The position numbers and the translations under genes are program-made. The notes beneath the pieces were generated by a model. It searched no databases, was not told the origin of the DNA, and saw only the letters and a list, made by a program, of their open reading frames with translations. Of a stretch of 64,000 nucleotides of DNA, positions 27,717-37,697 are shown in pieces; positions within the stretch are counted from its first letter, which is position 1, and each line of letters starts with the position of its first letter. Source of the DNA: an uncultured Gammaproteobacteria bacterium (GTDB lineage: Bacteria > Patescibacteriota > Microgenomatia > Levybacterales > UBA12049); assembly GCA_964507055.1 (NCBI GenBank), contig CAZDOJ010000001.1, forward strand, positions 77,210-141,209, read 5' to 3'.

Positions 27717-28393
27717 TTAAGCACATAGCATTTATTATGGATGGAAATAGGCGTTGGGCAAAAGAGCGTCATATTCCCACATTGATTGGACATAAAAAAG
27801 GATATGAAAATATCGAGAATATTGTCGATCATGCTCTTGAACGAAAGATAGAGTATGTAACATTTTGGGCCTTTTCTACAGAGAATTGGAATCGTGAGAA
27901 GAAAGAAGTCGATTATTTGATGAATCTTTTTCGTGATCTTTTTGCCGGTCGGATGTTACAGAAGATTTTAAAAAAGGGTGGCAAGATACAAGTACTTGGT
28001 GATATGACAGCGTTTCCTAAAGATATCCAAAAAGAAACACAGAAGGTTTTGGATCAATCTAAAGATAATAATGCAATTACTATAAACATTGCATTGAACT
28101 ATGGAGGTCGAGCAGAGATACTTCATGCTGTACAGCAAATAGTATCAAAAGGTATAAATTCCACTGATATAACTGAGCAAACTATTGCACAGTATTTATA
28201 TACAAATGGTCAACCTGACCCTGATCTAATTATTAGAACGGGTGGTGAGCAGCGTCTCAGTGGTTATCTCCCATGGCAAGGAATTTATAGCGAATTGTAT
28301 TTTACTGATAAGTATTGGCCGGAGTTTGATGAGAAAGAATTTGATAAAGCTCTTGAAGAATTTGCTCGAAGAGAGCGTCGATTTGGAAAATAG
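27713..28393 (+). CDS. uppS: undecaprenyl/isoprenyl diphosphate synthase (cis-prenyltransferase)
   Basis: IMDGNRRWA, FSTENWNR, and RTGGEQRLSGYLPWQ. Confidence 0.8.
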   Translation: MIKHIAFIMDGNRRWAKERHIPTLIGHKKGYENIENIVDHALERKIEYVTFWAFSTENWNREKKEVDYLMNLFRDLFAGRMLQKILKKGGKIQVLGDMTAFPKDIQKETQKVLDQSKDNNAITINIALNYGGRAEILHAVQQIVSKGINSTDITEQTIAQYLYTNGQPDPDLIIRTGGEQRLSGYLPWQGIYSELYFTDKYWPEFDEKEFDKALEEFARRERRFGK

Positions 28394-28471
28394 TTCTTCC
28401 CTCATCCTTACATCCTTTTATTTTCACTCTTACTATTAAAAAATATCATTATAGGTGGAGGAGGTGATGAT

Positions 28472-28654
28472 ATGTCAAAATATGGTAAAAAAGCACAAGA
28501 AAAAGTACATGAAGTAATGAATGAATTTAAGAAAGGTGATTTGAAAAGTGGACCCAAAGGAAAAGGCGGTAAAGTCACTGATCGCAAACAGGCAGTAGCA
28601 ATTGGACTTTCAGAAGCTCGGAAGAAAGGTGCAAAAGTTCCACAAAAAAAGTAA
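28472..28654 (+). CDS. small basic Lys/Gly-rich protein (KGG-like stress protein?)
   Basis: 60 aa. Strong SD GGAGGAGGTGA upstream. KGG/KGK-rich. Confidence 0.45.
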   Translation: MSKYGKKAQEKVHEVMNEFKKGDLKSGPKGKGGKVTDRKQAVAIGLSEARKKGAKVPQKK

Positions 28655-28691
28655 CTTGAATCATCGGTAAAACCTGAGTATACTTTGCACT

Positions 28692-29681
28692 ATGATATAC
28701 AAACTTGGTATCCTTGGCGGGACATTTGATCGACTGCATGGAGGCCATAAAAAGCTATTGGATACAGCATTCGAACAAAGCGATAAAGTAATTGTTGGAG
28801 TCGCTACAAGTAAGTTATACAACCACAAACAAAATGCTTTGCTTATTGAATCTTTTCAAGTCCGTAAAGAAGCAGTTATGACATATCTCAAAGAGAAAGC
28901 TGTAATCGATAGAGCAGAGATAATTCCTATCGATGATATTTATGGTAATAGCTTAACTGAGAAAAATATTGAAGCAATCTTTGCGACTGAAGATAATCTT
29001 CCCAATGTCAAAAAGATTAATGAGGACAGACTGCAAAGAGGTTTTGCCGCATTAGCAATTGTTCATGTGCCATATAGTTTGGGAAATGATGAGGAAGTTA
29101 TTACATCTGCACGAATAAGAAACGGAGAGATTGATAGAGATGGATTTAATTATATGTCCTTTCTTATGGCAAAGAGTTATGTGATGCCAGCAGTTCTTAA
29201 AGAAGAATTGCGTAAACCTTTTGGAAATATTTATAAGGAATCTTCCCAGGTACTTGAAGAGTATAAAAATAGTTTCGTTATCGCTGTTGGTGATGTTATC
29301 TCTCTTTCTCTCTATAAATCAGACAATCAAGCAGCAATTAGCATCGTTGATTTAAAGACGAGACGAAGTATGTTAGCAGAAGATGATATTGAGATCTTTT
29401 ATTCGCTTGAGTCACTCACATCTGCAAGAAATGCAGCTGGAACTATTGAGCAAAATGCTGTAGAGCGAATTAAAAATGCTATACAAGAATATCGCACCTC
29501 AAAACTCAAGCAAACAATTGTAGTGGCGGGGGAGGAAGATTTATTAACAATTCCAGCAATATTATTAGCTCCGCTAGATTCAGTTGTCGTTTACGGACAG
29601 TATAATGTAGGTGTTATTGCAGTTCACGTGACTGAGGAAAAGAAGCATGAGATACAAGAGCTTCTTAAGAAGTTCTCTTAA
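28692..29681 (+). CDS. archaeal-type phosphopantetheine adenylyltransferase fused to a DUF359-like (putative GTP-dependent dephospho-CoA kinase) domain
   Basis: N-terminal GILGGTFDRLHGGHKKLL, the nucleotidyltransferase (H/T)xGH signature of archaeal PPAT. The C-terminal ~170 aa includes VGDVISLSL. The fusion interpretation is an inference. Confidence 0.45.
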   Translation: MIYKLGILGGTFDRLHGGHKKLLDTAFEQSDKVIVGVATSKLYNHKQNALLIESFQVRKEAVMTYLKEKAVIDRAEIIPIDDIYGNSLTEKNIEAIFATEDNLPNVKKINEDRLQRGFAALAIVHVPYSLGNDEEVITSARIRNGEIDRDGFNYMSFLMAKSYVMPAVLKEELRKPFGNIYKESSQVLEEYKNSFVIAVGDVISLSLYKSDNQAAISIVDLKTRRSMLAEDDIEIFYSLESLTSARNAAGTIEQNAVERIKNAIQEYRTSKLKQTIVVAGEEDLLTIPAILLAPLDSVVVYGQYNVGVIAVHVTEEKKHEIQELLKKFS

Positions 29682-30234
29682 TTCGTTTTTCTCTCGATCG
29701 TTTTCCATTCTTCAAACCATTTTTTGGACCGTAGAGAGATTTCGTAAATAATGGTGTTTGATGTTGTGCAAGTAAAATTTTCATTAAATCAATGGTTCTC
29801 TCAAGTGCAATCGGCAATATGTCTGCGTCTCTCATTCCGCATGTAAGCCTGATATGAAATTTCCCCCGAGGATCTCGAACCCAATTCCATTTGGTATTTC
29901 CAGCGTAGGATGCTCTTTGTGCTCCTTTGGCAATTTTTTGCTGACATAAATATTCAAGGAGTATATGTTCGAACAAATGACCAATTTCAGTATGTCGAAC
30001 TTCTATGTTGAAAGGAAGACCTTCGTCGTTATAACAATCTGTGTGAAGTACATTAGGAAGGTGCTCCTGAAGAAGATCAACGATATGAGGAATATCCTTT
30101 GTATTAACCTGATTGTATAGGAGCTGCATAACAATTCTTGTCGAGGTTTGTTTTTGGGTGATGTCGAGCGAGAATAAATTTTCAACAAGAAACTGTTGAG
30201 ATGACGGCAGCAAACTTGCTGTTGGGACGTTCAT
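29665..30234 (-). CDS. hypothetical protein
   Basis: 189-aa ORF convergent with the PPAT gene. No motif recognised. Confidence 0.35.
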   Translation of the reverse strand: MNVPTASLLPSSQQFLVENLFSLDITQKQTSTRIVMQLLYNQVNTKDIPHIVDLLQEHLPNVLHTDCYNDEGLPFNIEVRHTEIGHLFEHILLEYLCQQKIAKGAQRASYAGNTKWNWVRDPRGKFHIRLTCGMRDADILPIALERTIDLMKILLAQHQTPLFTKSLYGPKNGLKNGKRSREKRIKRTS

Positions 30235-30383
30235 AAGGGAATAGATAAGTTCTTACCCGTTTCTTACGGATATATTCTCACTTTATATGCTTTTATAAAA
30301 AGTGTCAAGGTGAGCAATAATATTTAATTTAGCTTGCCAAATTAGTCTAAAATAAAAATTCAAAAAAGCTACTTCAACTGCAT

Positions 30384-32687
30384 TTAAGGATTTACTTGGA
30401 CCGTCGGTATAAGCGTGGTAACTGGCCCAGAACCTGCTGTTGGTGTAGGCAAGACTGTTACCGTTGGTTGTACAGTAGGGGTAGGATTGTTATTCTCATC
30501 TTGATTATCATCAGGTTGATTTGTTGGCGTTGGTTGGTCAGATGGTTGTGGTGTATTGGTTGGCCTTTCTGTCGGACTATCACATGAAGGTGGTTGTGTC
30601 CCTGCTATAAAGAACTCCATTGTACTTGTTGGTCGACCATTAAGACAAATAGGCTCACTCACTACAAAGGTTGGCTTTTTAAACTCTTCAACTGGTTTAC
30701 CCATAAGATAGTGTCCCATCATATTTCTCCAAATTGGTGCAGCTCCTAGCGATCCAGCCACATTATCCATAGGGGAATTATCATTGTTACCGACCCATAC
30801 TCCTACCACTAGACTTGGTGTGTATCCAACAGTTAAAGCGTCTCGGTAATCTTCAGTTGTACCTGTTTTAACAGCAGCAGGACGTGAAATAGTCAATGAT
30901 CCACCAAATACTTCTGATCGTGCACGGTTATCTGAAAGAATAGAGGAGATCAAAAATGAGGCTTCTTCACTCAGTACTTCTCGTGCACCTGAGCGGTTGG
31001 TTTGTTTAAACCAATTTAATGGATTTAATCTTTCCCAAAAACTTTGCGGCTGATTTACAGATTGATTGTATTTATTTGTAATCTCCATAATACCTGTAGG
31101 TTTATGGTATGTCCCTTGATTTGCAAAAACAGCGTATGCGTTGGTTAGTTCAAGAAGTTGCACTTCTCCTGTTCCCAAAACGAGAGATAATCCATAGTTT
31201 GTGTCGGAGCTTAAAGTTGTAATTCCAAAATCACTTGCTGTGCTCAAACCTTTTGATACTCCAACCATTTCCATAACTTCCACTGCAGGAATATTGAGGG
31301 AATTAGCCAATGCTCGTCTTACTGTGACATTTCCACGATATCTAAGATCATAATTTTTTGGTTTGTAACTACCAGCAAATGTTGTTTCTTTATCTTCTAA
31401 AATAGTAGCTGGAGTTATATCTTTGTCTTCTAAAGCTCGTGCATAAATAAGTGGCTTAAATGATGATCCTGGTTGTCTTGGTGTGATCGCCATATTTGTC
31501 TGACCAAAGTTCTCATCCGTCCAATCATAACTTCCGACCATCGCTAAAATCTGTCCATTCTTCGGATCAATTGCCACAGCTGCACCATTACTTGCATCGT
31601 TGTACTTTATTCGTTCAATTTGCGTTTTGACTGCCTCTTCAGAATATTCTTGGAATTCACGGTCCATTGTAGTTTTGACTCTGAAGCCTTCACTTACCAC
31701 ACGTTCTTCGCCAAATTCTTGGATGAGCTGATTCCTCACATAATTAGCAAAATGGAAGGCAATTGTATTGGTATCACTTTTGATAGGATTTGATTTATAG
31801 ACAAGCGGCTCACTTGCAGCATCATCCGCTTGTGCTTGAGTGATATATCCTTCCTCAACCATTTCTCCTAGAACATATTGTTGTCTAATCTTTGCTTTAT
31901 CGTCAGGATTTGAGAGTGGGGAATACGCTGAAGGTGCAGGTAGAACTCCAATAAGTAATGCTGATTGGGCTAGTGAAAGTTCTCTTGCATGAATTCCGAA
32001 GTATACTTGTGATGCATTCTCAATACCAAATGCACCTTCACCGAAATAAATAGAATTAAGATACATTTCCATAATATCTTCTTTACTAAATCGTCTGGTT
32101 AATTCAGCTGCCAATACAATCTCCTGGTATTTTCTGAGATAGTTTCTCGATTGGCTGAGGAATGCATTCTTTGCCAAACCTTGTGTGATTGTAGATCCTC
32201 CCTCGACAATTTGTCCTGCAAAGAGGTTTACGACGAATGCACGCAAAATACCTGTGATTGAAAATCCTTGATTCGTATAAAAGTTTTTGTCTTCTGAAGA
32301 AATAAGTGCCTCTTGAGCGGTTACCGGAATATCTGAAAAAGAAATATAATTAATTTCTTTCGGTTGGTAAAAGGTGTAGAACGCTTTGCCATCTCTGTCC
32401 TGCAATGTTAAACCGGTCATTCCACGATTAATGACACTGTCTTTATCTTTCAGGTCTCGTGCGAAATATAAATATGTAGCAGGAGGAACTAAAGCGAGAA
32501 AAGCTATGAGCAGACAAAGAGAGTAAAATATTTTTCTTTTGTGTCTTCCAACAAAATTTTTAGTAGCATCTTTAAGGCTGAAATTCTTAAAGCTCCATTT
32601 CTTTTTCGGAAATCTTGTATTTTTATGATCTAGGCGGGATCTCATACGCAGTATGCCTATTAATTGTAGCATAAATAGCTTGAGCAT
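30384..32687 (-). CDS. class A penicillin-binding protein (bifunctional transglycosylase/transpeptidase)
   Basis: GT51 motifs EDKNFYTNQGF and GGSTITQ. Transpeptidase motifs SGSSFKP (SxxK) and KTGTT. N-terminal TM helix. Pro/Thr-rich C-terminus. Confidence 0.85.
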   Translation of the reverse strand: MLKLFMLQLIGILRMRSRLDHKNTRFPKKKWSFKNFSLKDATKNFVGRHKRKIFYSLCLLIAFLALVPPATYLYFARDLKDKDSVINRGMTGLTLQDRDGKAFYTFYQPKEINYISFSDIPVTAQEALISSEDKNFYTNQGFSITGILRAFVVNLFAGQIVEGGSTITQGLAKNAFLSQSRNYLRKYQEIVLAAELTRRFSKEDIMEMYLNSIYFGEGAFGIENASQVYFGIHARELSLAQSALLIGVLPAPSAYSPLSNPDDKAKIRQQYVLGEMVEEGYITQAQADDAASEPLVYKSNPIKSDTNTIAFHFANYVRNQLIQEFGEERVVSEGFRVKTTMDREFQEYSEEAVKTQIERIKYNDASNGAAVAIDPKNGQILAMVGSYDWTDENFGQTNMAITPRQPGSSFKPLIYARALEDKDITPATILEDKETTFAGSYKPKNYDLRYRGNVTVRRALANSLNIPAVEVMEMVGVSKGLSTASDFGITTLSSDTNYGLSLVLGTGEVQLLELTNAYAVFANQGTYHKPTGIMEITNKYNQSVNQPQSFWERLNPLNWFKQTNRSGAREVLSEEASFLISSILSDNRARSEVFGGSLTISRPAAVKTGTTEDYRDALTVGYTPSLVVGVWVGNNDNSPMDNVAGSLGAAPIWRNMMGHYLMGKPVEEFKKPTFVVSEPICLNGRPTSTMEFFIAGTQPPSCDSPTERPTNTPQPSDQPTPTNQPDDNQDENNNPTPTVQPTVTVLPTPTAGSGPVTTLIPTVQVNP

Positions 32688-32703
32688 CTAAACTTGCCAA
32701 ACG

Positions 32704-33135
32704 ATGTATAATAGATATATGGCAAACATGAAGGATAAGACAGAGGAATACTGGAAAGAGAAATTAACTCCTGAGCAATACAGAGTTTTGCGAGAGAAAG
32801 GGACTGAAGTTCCTGGATCTGGTGCGTTACTCAATAATGATGCAAATGGTGATTATCGATGTGCTGCGTGTAATACTGTCGTTTTTAAAAGTAATTCAAA
32901 ATATGAATCAACCATTCCAGGTTTAATTGGCTGGCCAAGTTTTTCTGAAGTGGCAAATAGTGATGCTGTTGAGCTAAAAGATGATTCAAGTCTCGGTATG
33001 GTTCGTACGGAAGTTATCTGCAAAAATTGTGGAAGTCATCTTGGACATCTTTTTGACGATTCTACTTCACCAACAAATAAGCACTATTGTATTAATTCTT
33101 GTGCATTAAATTTCGAAAAAGACAATAATGCTTAA
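32704..33135 (+). CDS. msrB: peptide-methionine (R)-S-oxide reductase
   Basis: CxxC...CxxC zinc site and catalytic RTEVICKNCGSHLGHLFDD. Confidence 0.8.
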   Translation: MYNRYMANMKDKTEEYWKEKLTPEQYRVLREKGTEVPGSGALLNNDANGDYRCAACNTVVFKSNSKYESTIPGLIGWPSFSEVANSDAVELKDDSSLGMVRTEVICKNCGSHLGHLFDDSTSPTNKHYCINSCALNFEKDNNA

Positions 33136-33149
33136 AACCTCTGTTTAAT

Positions 33150-34271
33150 CTATCTGTTATAGTTTTTTTTACCTTTTATTGATGTTTCAATACGAACAAT
33201 TGAGCATTTAATCTGTGGTATTGAGAATTTATATCCAAGAATCTTTATCTGTTTATATGTTTGGATACAAATGAGTTTTGTTTTAGGAGTAATTTGTTCG
33301 CTTACAACGACCTGACCTGAAGGTATTGGGGTAGGAGTACCTGTCGGCGTAGGCATTGCTGTCGGAATCGCAGTTGGTTGATTTGTTGGAGCTATGGTAG
33401 CAGTAGGTACTGGTTGTGTTGGAGTTGGCGTTTTTGTCGCTGTTGGTACTGGAGTATTTGTAGGGGTTGGAATAGTTGTCGTAGGCATCGGTGTATGTGT
33501 TGGAATTATAGTTGGATGAGGTGTAGATGTTGGTACACTTGTAGGCGTTTGTGATGGTATAACAGTAGGTGATTGTGTTACTGTCGGCGTAATAGTCGGA
33601 CTCGTTGATCCAGTTGGTTGTGCTGCTGGCGAATTTGAGTTTCGGGGTAAAGAGCTTGTAAAAAGAACGAAATCAGTACTATTATTATCGTTATCGAACT
33701 CATTTCCAGAAAATACTTCGACACCACCTGTAAATAATGATTGGGCCGTGGAATTCGATGAAGCTTTTCGTACAATACTTTCTCCACCCTCAGGATTATC
33801 TGCAAATGCAGTGGTTTCTACATCTACTGCAGTCCCGAGTCCAATTTTATCTACTACTGTTATTCCAGCGTCGCTAAATAATGAAATGGTATTGTTTGTG
33901 GTCATTGCACTGCTTGATGAAGAATAGACTATATCTGCAATAGAGTTAGTAGCCGCTGCGGGGTGAGTAATTAAGAAATAACTCTTTGGTTTAATTGTTC
34001 CTGAAAGACTTGCGACCAGATTTTGTACAGAACCTCCTGTTGATGACTTCCTTGTAAGTCTCCATTTAGATAAATCTACAATTGCACCAGTTGGATTATA
34101 GAGTTCTACGAATTCGTCATTTGCAGATGTTCCACTCAATTGAATTTGAGATATAACTACATGATTTGTATCTGCTTTTGCTTTTTCTGATTGATTACTT
34201 GCGATATATGCAAATATTGTTATCACGTAAATGAATGTAGCGAGTAAAAGTAAATCCGATTTATTTCTCAT
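33150..34271 (-). CDS. secreted lamin-tail-domain (LTD) protein with a Pro/Thr-rich linker
   Basis: N-terminal TM/signal sequence. LTD signature NDEFVELYNPTGAIVDLSKWRL. Long PT-rich low-complexity region. Confidence 0.6.
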   Translation of the reverse strand: MRNKSDLLLLATFIYVITIFAYIASNQSEKAKADTNHVVISQIQLSGTSANDEFVELYNPTGAIVDLSKWRLTRKSSTGGSVQNLVASLSGTIKPKSYFLITHPAAATNSIADIVYSSSSSAMTTNNTISLFSDAGITVVDKIGLGTAVDVETTAFADNPEGGESIVRKASSNSTAQSLFTGGVEVFSGNEFDNDNNSTDFVLFTSSLPRNSNSPAAQPTGSTSPTITPTVTQSPTVIPSQTPTSVPTSTPHPTIIPTHTPMPTTTIPTPTNTPVPTATKTPTPTQPVPTATIAPTNQPTAIPTAMPTPTGTPTPIPSGQVVVSEQITPKTKLICIQTYKQIKILGYKFSIPQIKCSIVRIETSIKGKKNYNR

Positions 34272-34358
34272 ATAAATATCTTATATCCTATTTAAAGTAG
34301 ATTCAATATGACAAAAGATATCGAAATGTATTAAAAGCAGAATAAGGTCTAATTGCTA

Positions 34359-35147
34359 TTATTTTGCAGGTTCGAGCATTGTTATTGGGGTGCCCTCGTG
34401 CAATATCTCCTTTGCAATTTTTGCTTGATTAGGTTCAATCCGTCCAGCATCAGCAAGATATGCTACATAAATATCTTCACAAATTCTACGTCCATCCGTC
34501 TCTGGATCAAGTTGAACTCCATTCACATCCATTCTTCTACTATATGGATACATGCGTGCATTTTCATTCGGTCGTGTCCCGTCCTCATCTGGTTCTGAAG
34601 ATTTAAATTCTACAATATATGGTGTATTGTAATTTACTCCTCGACTAAAATCTTCCCCAATTACATATCGTGTGTCAGGTTTTCCTGCAGCTCCTTGGTA
34701 TACAATATTAAGACTCGCTCCATCCGGGTCAATTCTTTGGTGTAAAGACATTTTTGCTACACCTGTTTTAGGAATTATATCTGGCACTATTGCAAGCGAT
34801 TCACTTTTGTCTAAATGGGCACTACCAGCTATTTCTTGTATCGCATCTGTGAAAGCAAAAACATCTGCTACCGTAAAAGGATCTTCTTTAGTCAATAATT
34901 TTGAACTTTGATCGAGTAACTCATATCTTCTTGATGGCTCTGCGGGAGAAGAGATTCCCAAATATTTTTTATTAGGAAGTTTATCTTTTTCAGGTAGTTC
35001 AAAAGTAGGTTTTGCCAAAATGCCACCAAGTATCTCCGCAGGTGTGCTAAGCGGTCGAATATCTCTATTAGTTTGTTTATTTACTGGCTCATGTTCTAAT
35101 CTCATAGTTCTTATTGTAACAAACATGTAAGAACTATGCAAGAACAT
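34359..35147 (-). CDS. hypothetical protein
   Basis: 262-aa ORF downstream of the GH18 gene on the same strand. Start uncertain. Confidence 0.35.
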   Translation of the reverse strand: MFLHSSYMFVTIRTMRLEHEPVNKQTNRDIRPLSTPAEILGGILAKPTFELPEKDKLPNKKYLGISSPAEPSRRYELLDQSSKLLTKEDPFTVADVFAFTDAIQEIAGSAHLDKSESLAIVPDIIPKTGVAKMSLHQRIDPDGASLNIVYQGAAGKPDTRYVIGEDFSRGVNYNTPYIVEFKSSEPDEDGTRPNENARMYPYSRRMDVNGVQLDPETDGRRICEDIYVAYLADAGRIEPNQAKIAKEILHEGTPITMLEPAK

Positions 35148-35171
35148 TAAACCTGACAGGTTTTAGACATT

Positions 35172-36380
35172 TTACTGATGAGTGAACTTAGAAGAAATTA
35201 TGTCCCATAAGTCAGAATATTGCTTATCATAACCAAGTGTCCAAATTGCGACGCCTGCAAATCCTTGTTTTTCAGCAAAATTAAATCGGGTCTCAACTGA
35301 TCTATTGTCAGCAAGCCAAACTTGCTTATCTGTGCCTAATTTTGTGTCTTTATACCAACACCATGTCTCTTGTGCAGGTTCATCCCATTTGCATTGGTTC
35401 TTCTTGAGCTCTTTACTTTCTTTAGCCCGAGCATATGAGATAACAGCCGCATAATTTCTATCGTCACTAGATGGATATGTCAAACTGTTACGAATTTTCC
35501 CGTCTTCAACCGCCCATTCCCAGCCATAAAAAGGGACTCCCATAACTAGCTTTTCTCGAGGAATATATTGTCTATAGTCTTTATAGGTTGTCTCCACATC
35601 AAAAAAATATTGGCCTTCATTGAATCCTTTCATTGGGGCAATAGGGCCGGCAATATCTGACGACGCACCATAATAGTCATATGACATACCTATGAATCTG
35701 TCATAAATAGGGACCAATTGTTGGAAGTCGAAAAGATCATCTTCACGAGCTGCAAGTGGCATTATACTTATACTTAATTCTGTTCCCGGAACTTCACTAT
35801 CTAATGCGGCTTTAAGCTTTTTACTGAATGTAGTGAAGGCTGTTTTATATGCAGGATCAGGTTCGCCAAAGTATTCAAAATCTACATTTATACCTTGGAG
35901 GTTTCTTGTTTTGACTTCAGTTATGATATCGGTTATTAAATTATCTTGATATTCATCATTGTCCAAAATGGTCATAATCAAATCATTATCCAATGCTGCA
36001 ATTGTTACTGTTACATCTGTCCCAATAATATTTGCTTTTGAAGTAAAGTTTTTCAATTCTTCATTTTGCCAACCTCTCCAGCCTGGATCCGTCACGCCGT
36101 CTACTACTTTTGCGATATGTCCATCTGAACCTACAGTTAAGCTAAAATAATTAAACTCGGAAAGAAGTTGTGGACGAACATATTTAATGTCATCAAGCCT
36201 CCAATAAGGCATAAAACCAAGAACGTAGCTTTGCATTTTTTTATGTGGATTGATAAATTTTTCTATATAAAATTGACCGGAAATAAATGGTGAAAGAGAA
36301 GGGTGTGTTTGTGTCAAAAAATAGTAAAAGCCAATTCCAAAAATGAGAAGAACGAGGACAAGAAATGAAAGTATCTTCAT
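35172..36380 (-). CDS. glycoside hydrolase family 18 (chitinase-like) membrane-anchored protein
   Basis: N-terminal TM helix. GH18 catalytic motif GINVDFEYF (DxxDxDxE). Confidence 0.6.
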   Translation of the reverse strand: MKILSFLVLVLLIFGIGFYYFLTQTHPSLSPFISGQFYIEKFINPHKKMQSYVLGFMPYWRLDDIKYVRPQLLSEFNYFSLTVGSDGHIAKVVDGVTDPGWRGWQNEELKNFTSKANIIGTDVTVTIAALDNDLIMTILDNDEYQDNLITDIITEVKTRNLQGINVDFEYFGEPDPAYKTAFTTFSKKLKAALDSEVPGTELSISIMPLAAREDDLFDFQQLVPIYDRFIGMSYDYYGASSDIAGPIAPMKGFNEGQYFFDVETTYKDYRQYIPREKLVMGVPFYGWEWAVEDGKIRNSLTYPSSDDRNYAAVISYARAKESKELKKNQCKWDEPAQETWCWYKDTKLGTDKQVWLADNRSVETRFNFAEKQGFAGVAIWTLGYDKQYSDLWDIISSKFTHQ

Positions 36381-36449
36381 TAATCTATTATAGCCTAAAA
36401 TCTCTACAGGCTTGACAAATGATTGCTATAAGCTTAGAATTCAATTCTT

Positions 36450-36665
36450 ATGGCAGTTGAACAAGGCAATTATAGTAAATCTATTGTAGATGTTCCCCCA
36501 ATTGGACTTTTTGCGGAACCAAGGGTACGATTAGCAGCAGCTACGATTGCTCGTGGAGGATTGGACGTTATGACAACTTCTCCTACAGCAGATGTTGTAT
36601 CAAGAGCGTTACTTAAAGCTAGACAGCCAAAAATAGTTTTCAATTCCTCACGAAAAACCTTTTAA
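36450..36665 (+). CDS. small ORF (71 aa) downstream of a consensus promoter; could instead be a non-coding transcript
   Basis: TTGACA(36412-36417)-17-TAGAAT(36435-36440) with the ATG 10 nt downstream. No homolog recognised. Confidence 0.25.
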   Translation: MAVEQGNYSKSIVDVPPIGLFAEPRVRLAAATIARGGLDVMTTSPTADVVSRALLKARQPKIVFNSSRKTF

Positions 36666-36732
36666 TAGACTATTCTGTTACTTTAAATCCCACTTGCATT
36701 AGATTTCTCTTTTCACGTATGCTAGAGATAGT

Positions 36733-37695
36733 ATGACGAGACATTATAATGTGATCACTGTAGGCGAAACCACAATTGATGCTTTTATGACCCTTGCTGA
36801 TGCAAATAAATCTATGCATGCAGAAGGTGGAGAAGTGAGTTTTAAACTTGGAGCAAAGATTGATGTAAGTAAATATAACTTTGAAATTGGTGGCAATGCT
36901 ACAAATGTTGCAGTTGGTTTAACGCGGTTAGGTGTGAAGGCTACATTGGTTTCCGAAACTGGTGATGATGAATTCTCGATGAAGATACGAAATTGTCTTG
37001 CAAAAGAACGCATTGAAAGAACCTTTGTTACTGAATCTTCTGGACCCTCAAATTTTTCTGTGATTATTAATTTCAAGGGAGATAGAACTATTTTTGTACA
37101 AGATGTTGAGCGGGAGCACAACTTCCATTTGGCTGATGTTACGGCTGATATGGTTTATTTGACAAGTCTTGGTCGAGATTGGAGAAATCCGTATAGAAAA
37201 GTATTAGATTTTATTGAAGAAAGCGGGGCAAGTTTGGCCTTTAATCCCGGATCAACGCAGCTTCGTGAAGGAAAGGATGTCATTCATCAGGTCTTAAAGA
37301 AGACAAAAATGGTTTTTCTTAATAAGGAAGAGGCTGAAATTATTCTTACTGATAAACAAACTATGGATAATGATAGGGAATATATTCACTCTCTTATGGA
37401 AAAGATCCAAAAACTTGGTCCGTGTACAGTAGTCGTGACTAATGGTAAAAGAGGTTCATATGCCTTGGATGATAAAGGAGAATTCCATTACCACAGTACA
37501 TTGGAAGGTGCAGTCGTTGAGCGTACAGGAGCGGGGGATGCCTATACCTCTGGATTTATGGCGGCAAGTTTGTATGGTTTGAGTTTACCAAAGGCTATGG
37601 AATGGGGATCAAATAATGCTACTTCAGTTGTAGGTAAAGTTGGTGCACAGCCGGGATTACTTTCAAAAGAGGAAATGCAAGAACGAGTTGATTAG
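36733..37695 (+). CDS. PfkB-family carbohydrate/nucleoside kinase
   Basis: GGNATNVAVGL and ATP-site TGAGDAYTSGF. Confidence 0.7.
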   Translation: MTRHYNVITVGETTIDAFMTLADANKSMHAEGGEVSFKLGAKIDVSKYNFEIGGNATNVAVGLTRLGVKATLVSETGDDEFSMKIRNCLAKERIERTFVTESSGPSNFSVIINFKGDRTIFVQDVEREHNFHLADVTADMVYLTSLGRDWRNPYRKVLDFIEESGASLAFNPGSTQLREGKDVIHQVLKKTKMVFLNKEEAEIILTDKQTMDNDREYIHSLMEKIQKLGPCTVVVTNGKRGSYALDDKGEFHYHSTLEGAVVERTGAGDAYTSGFMAASLYGLSLPKAMEWGSNNATSVVGKVGAQPGLLSKEEMQERVD

Positions 37696-37697
37696 TT

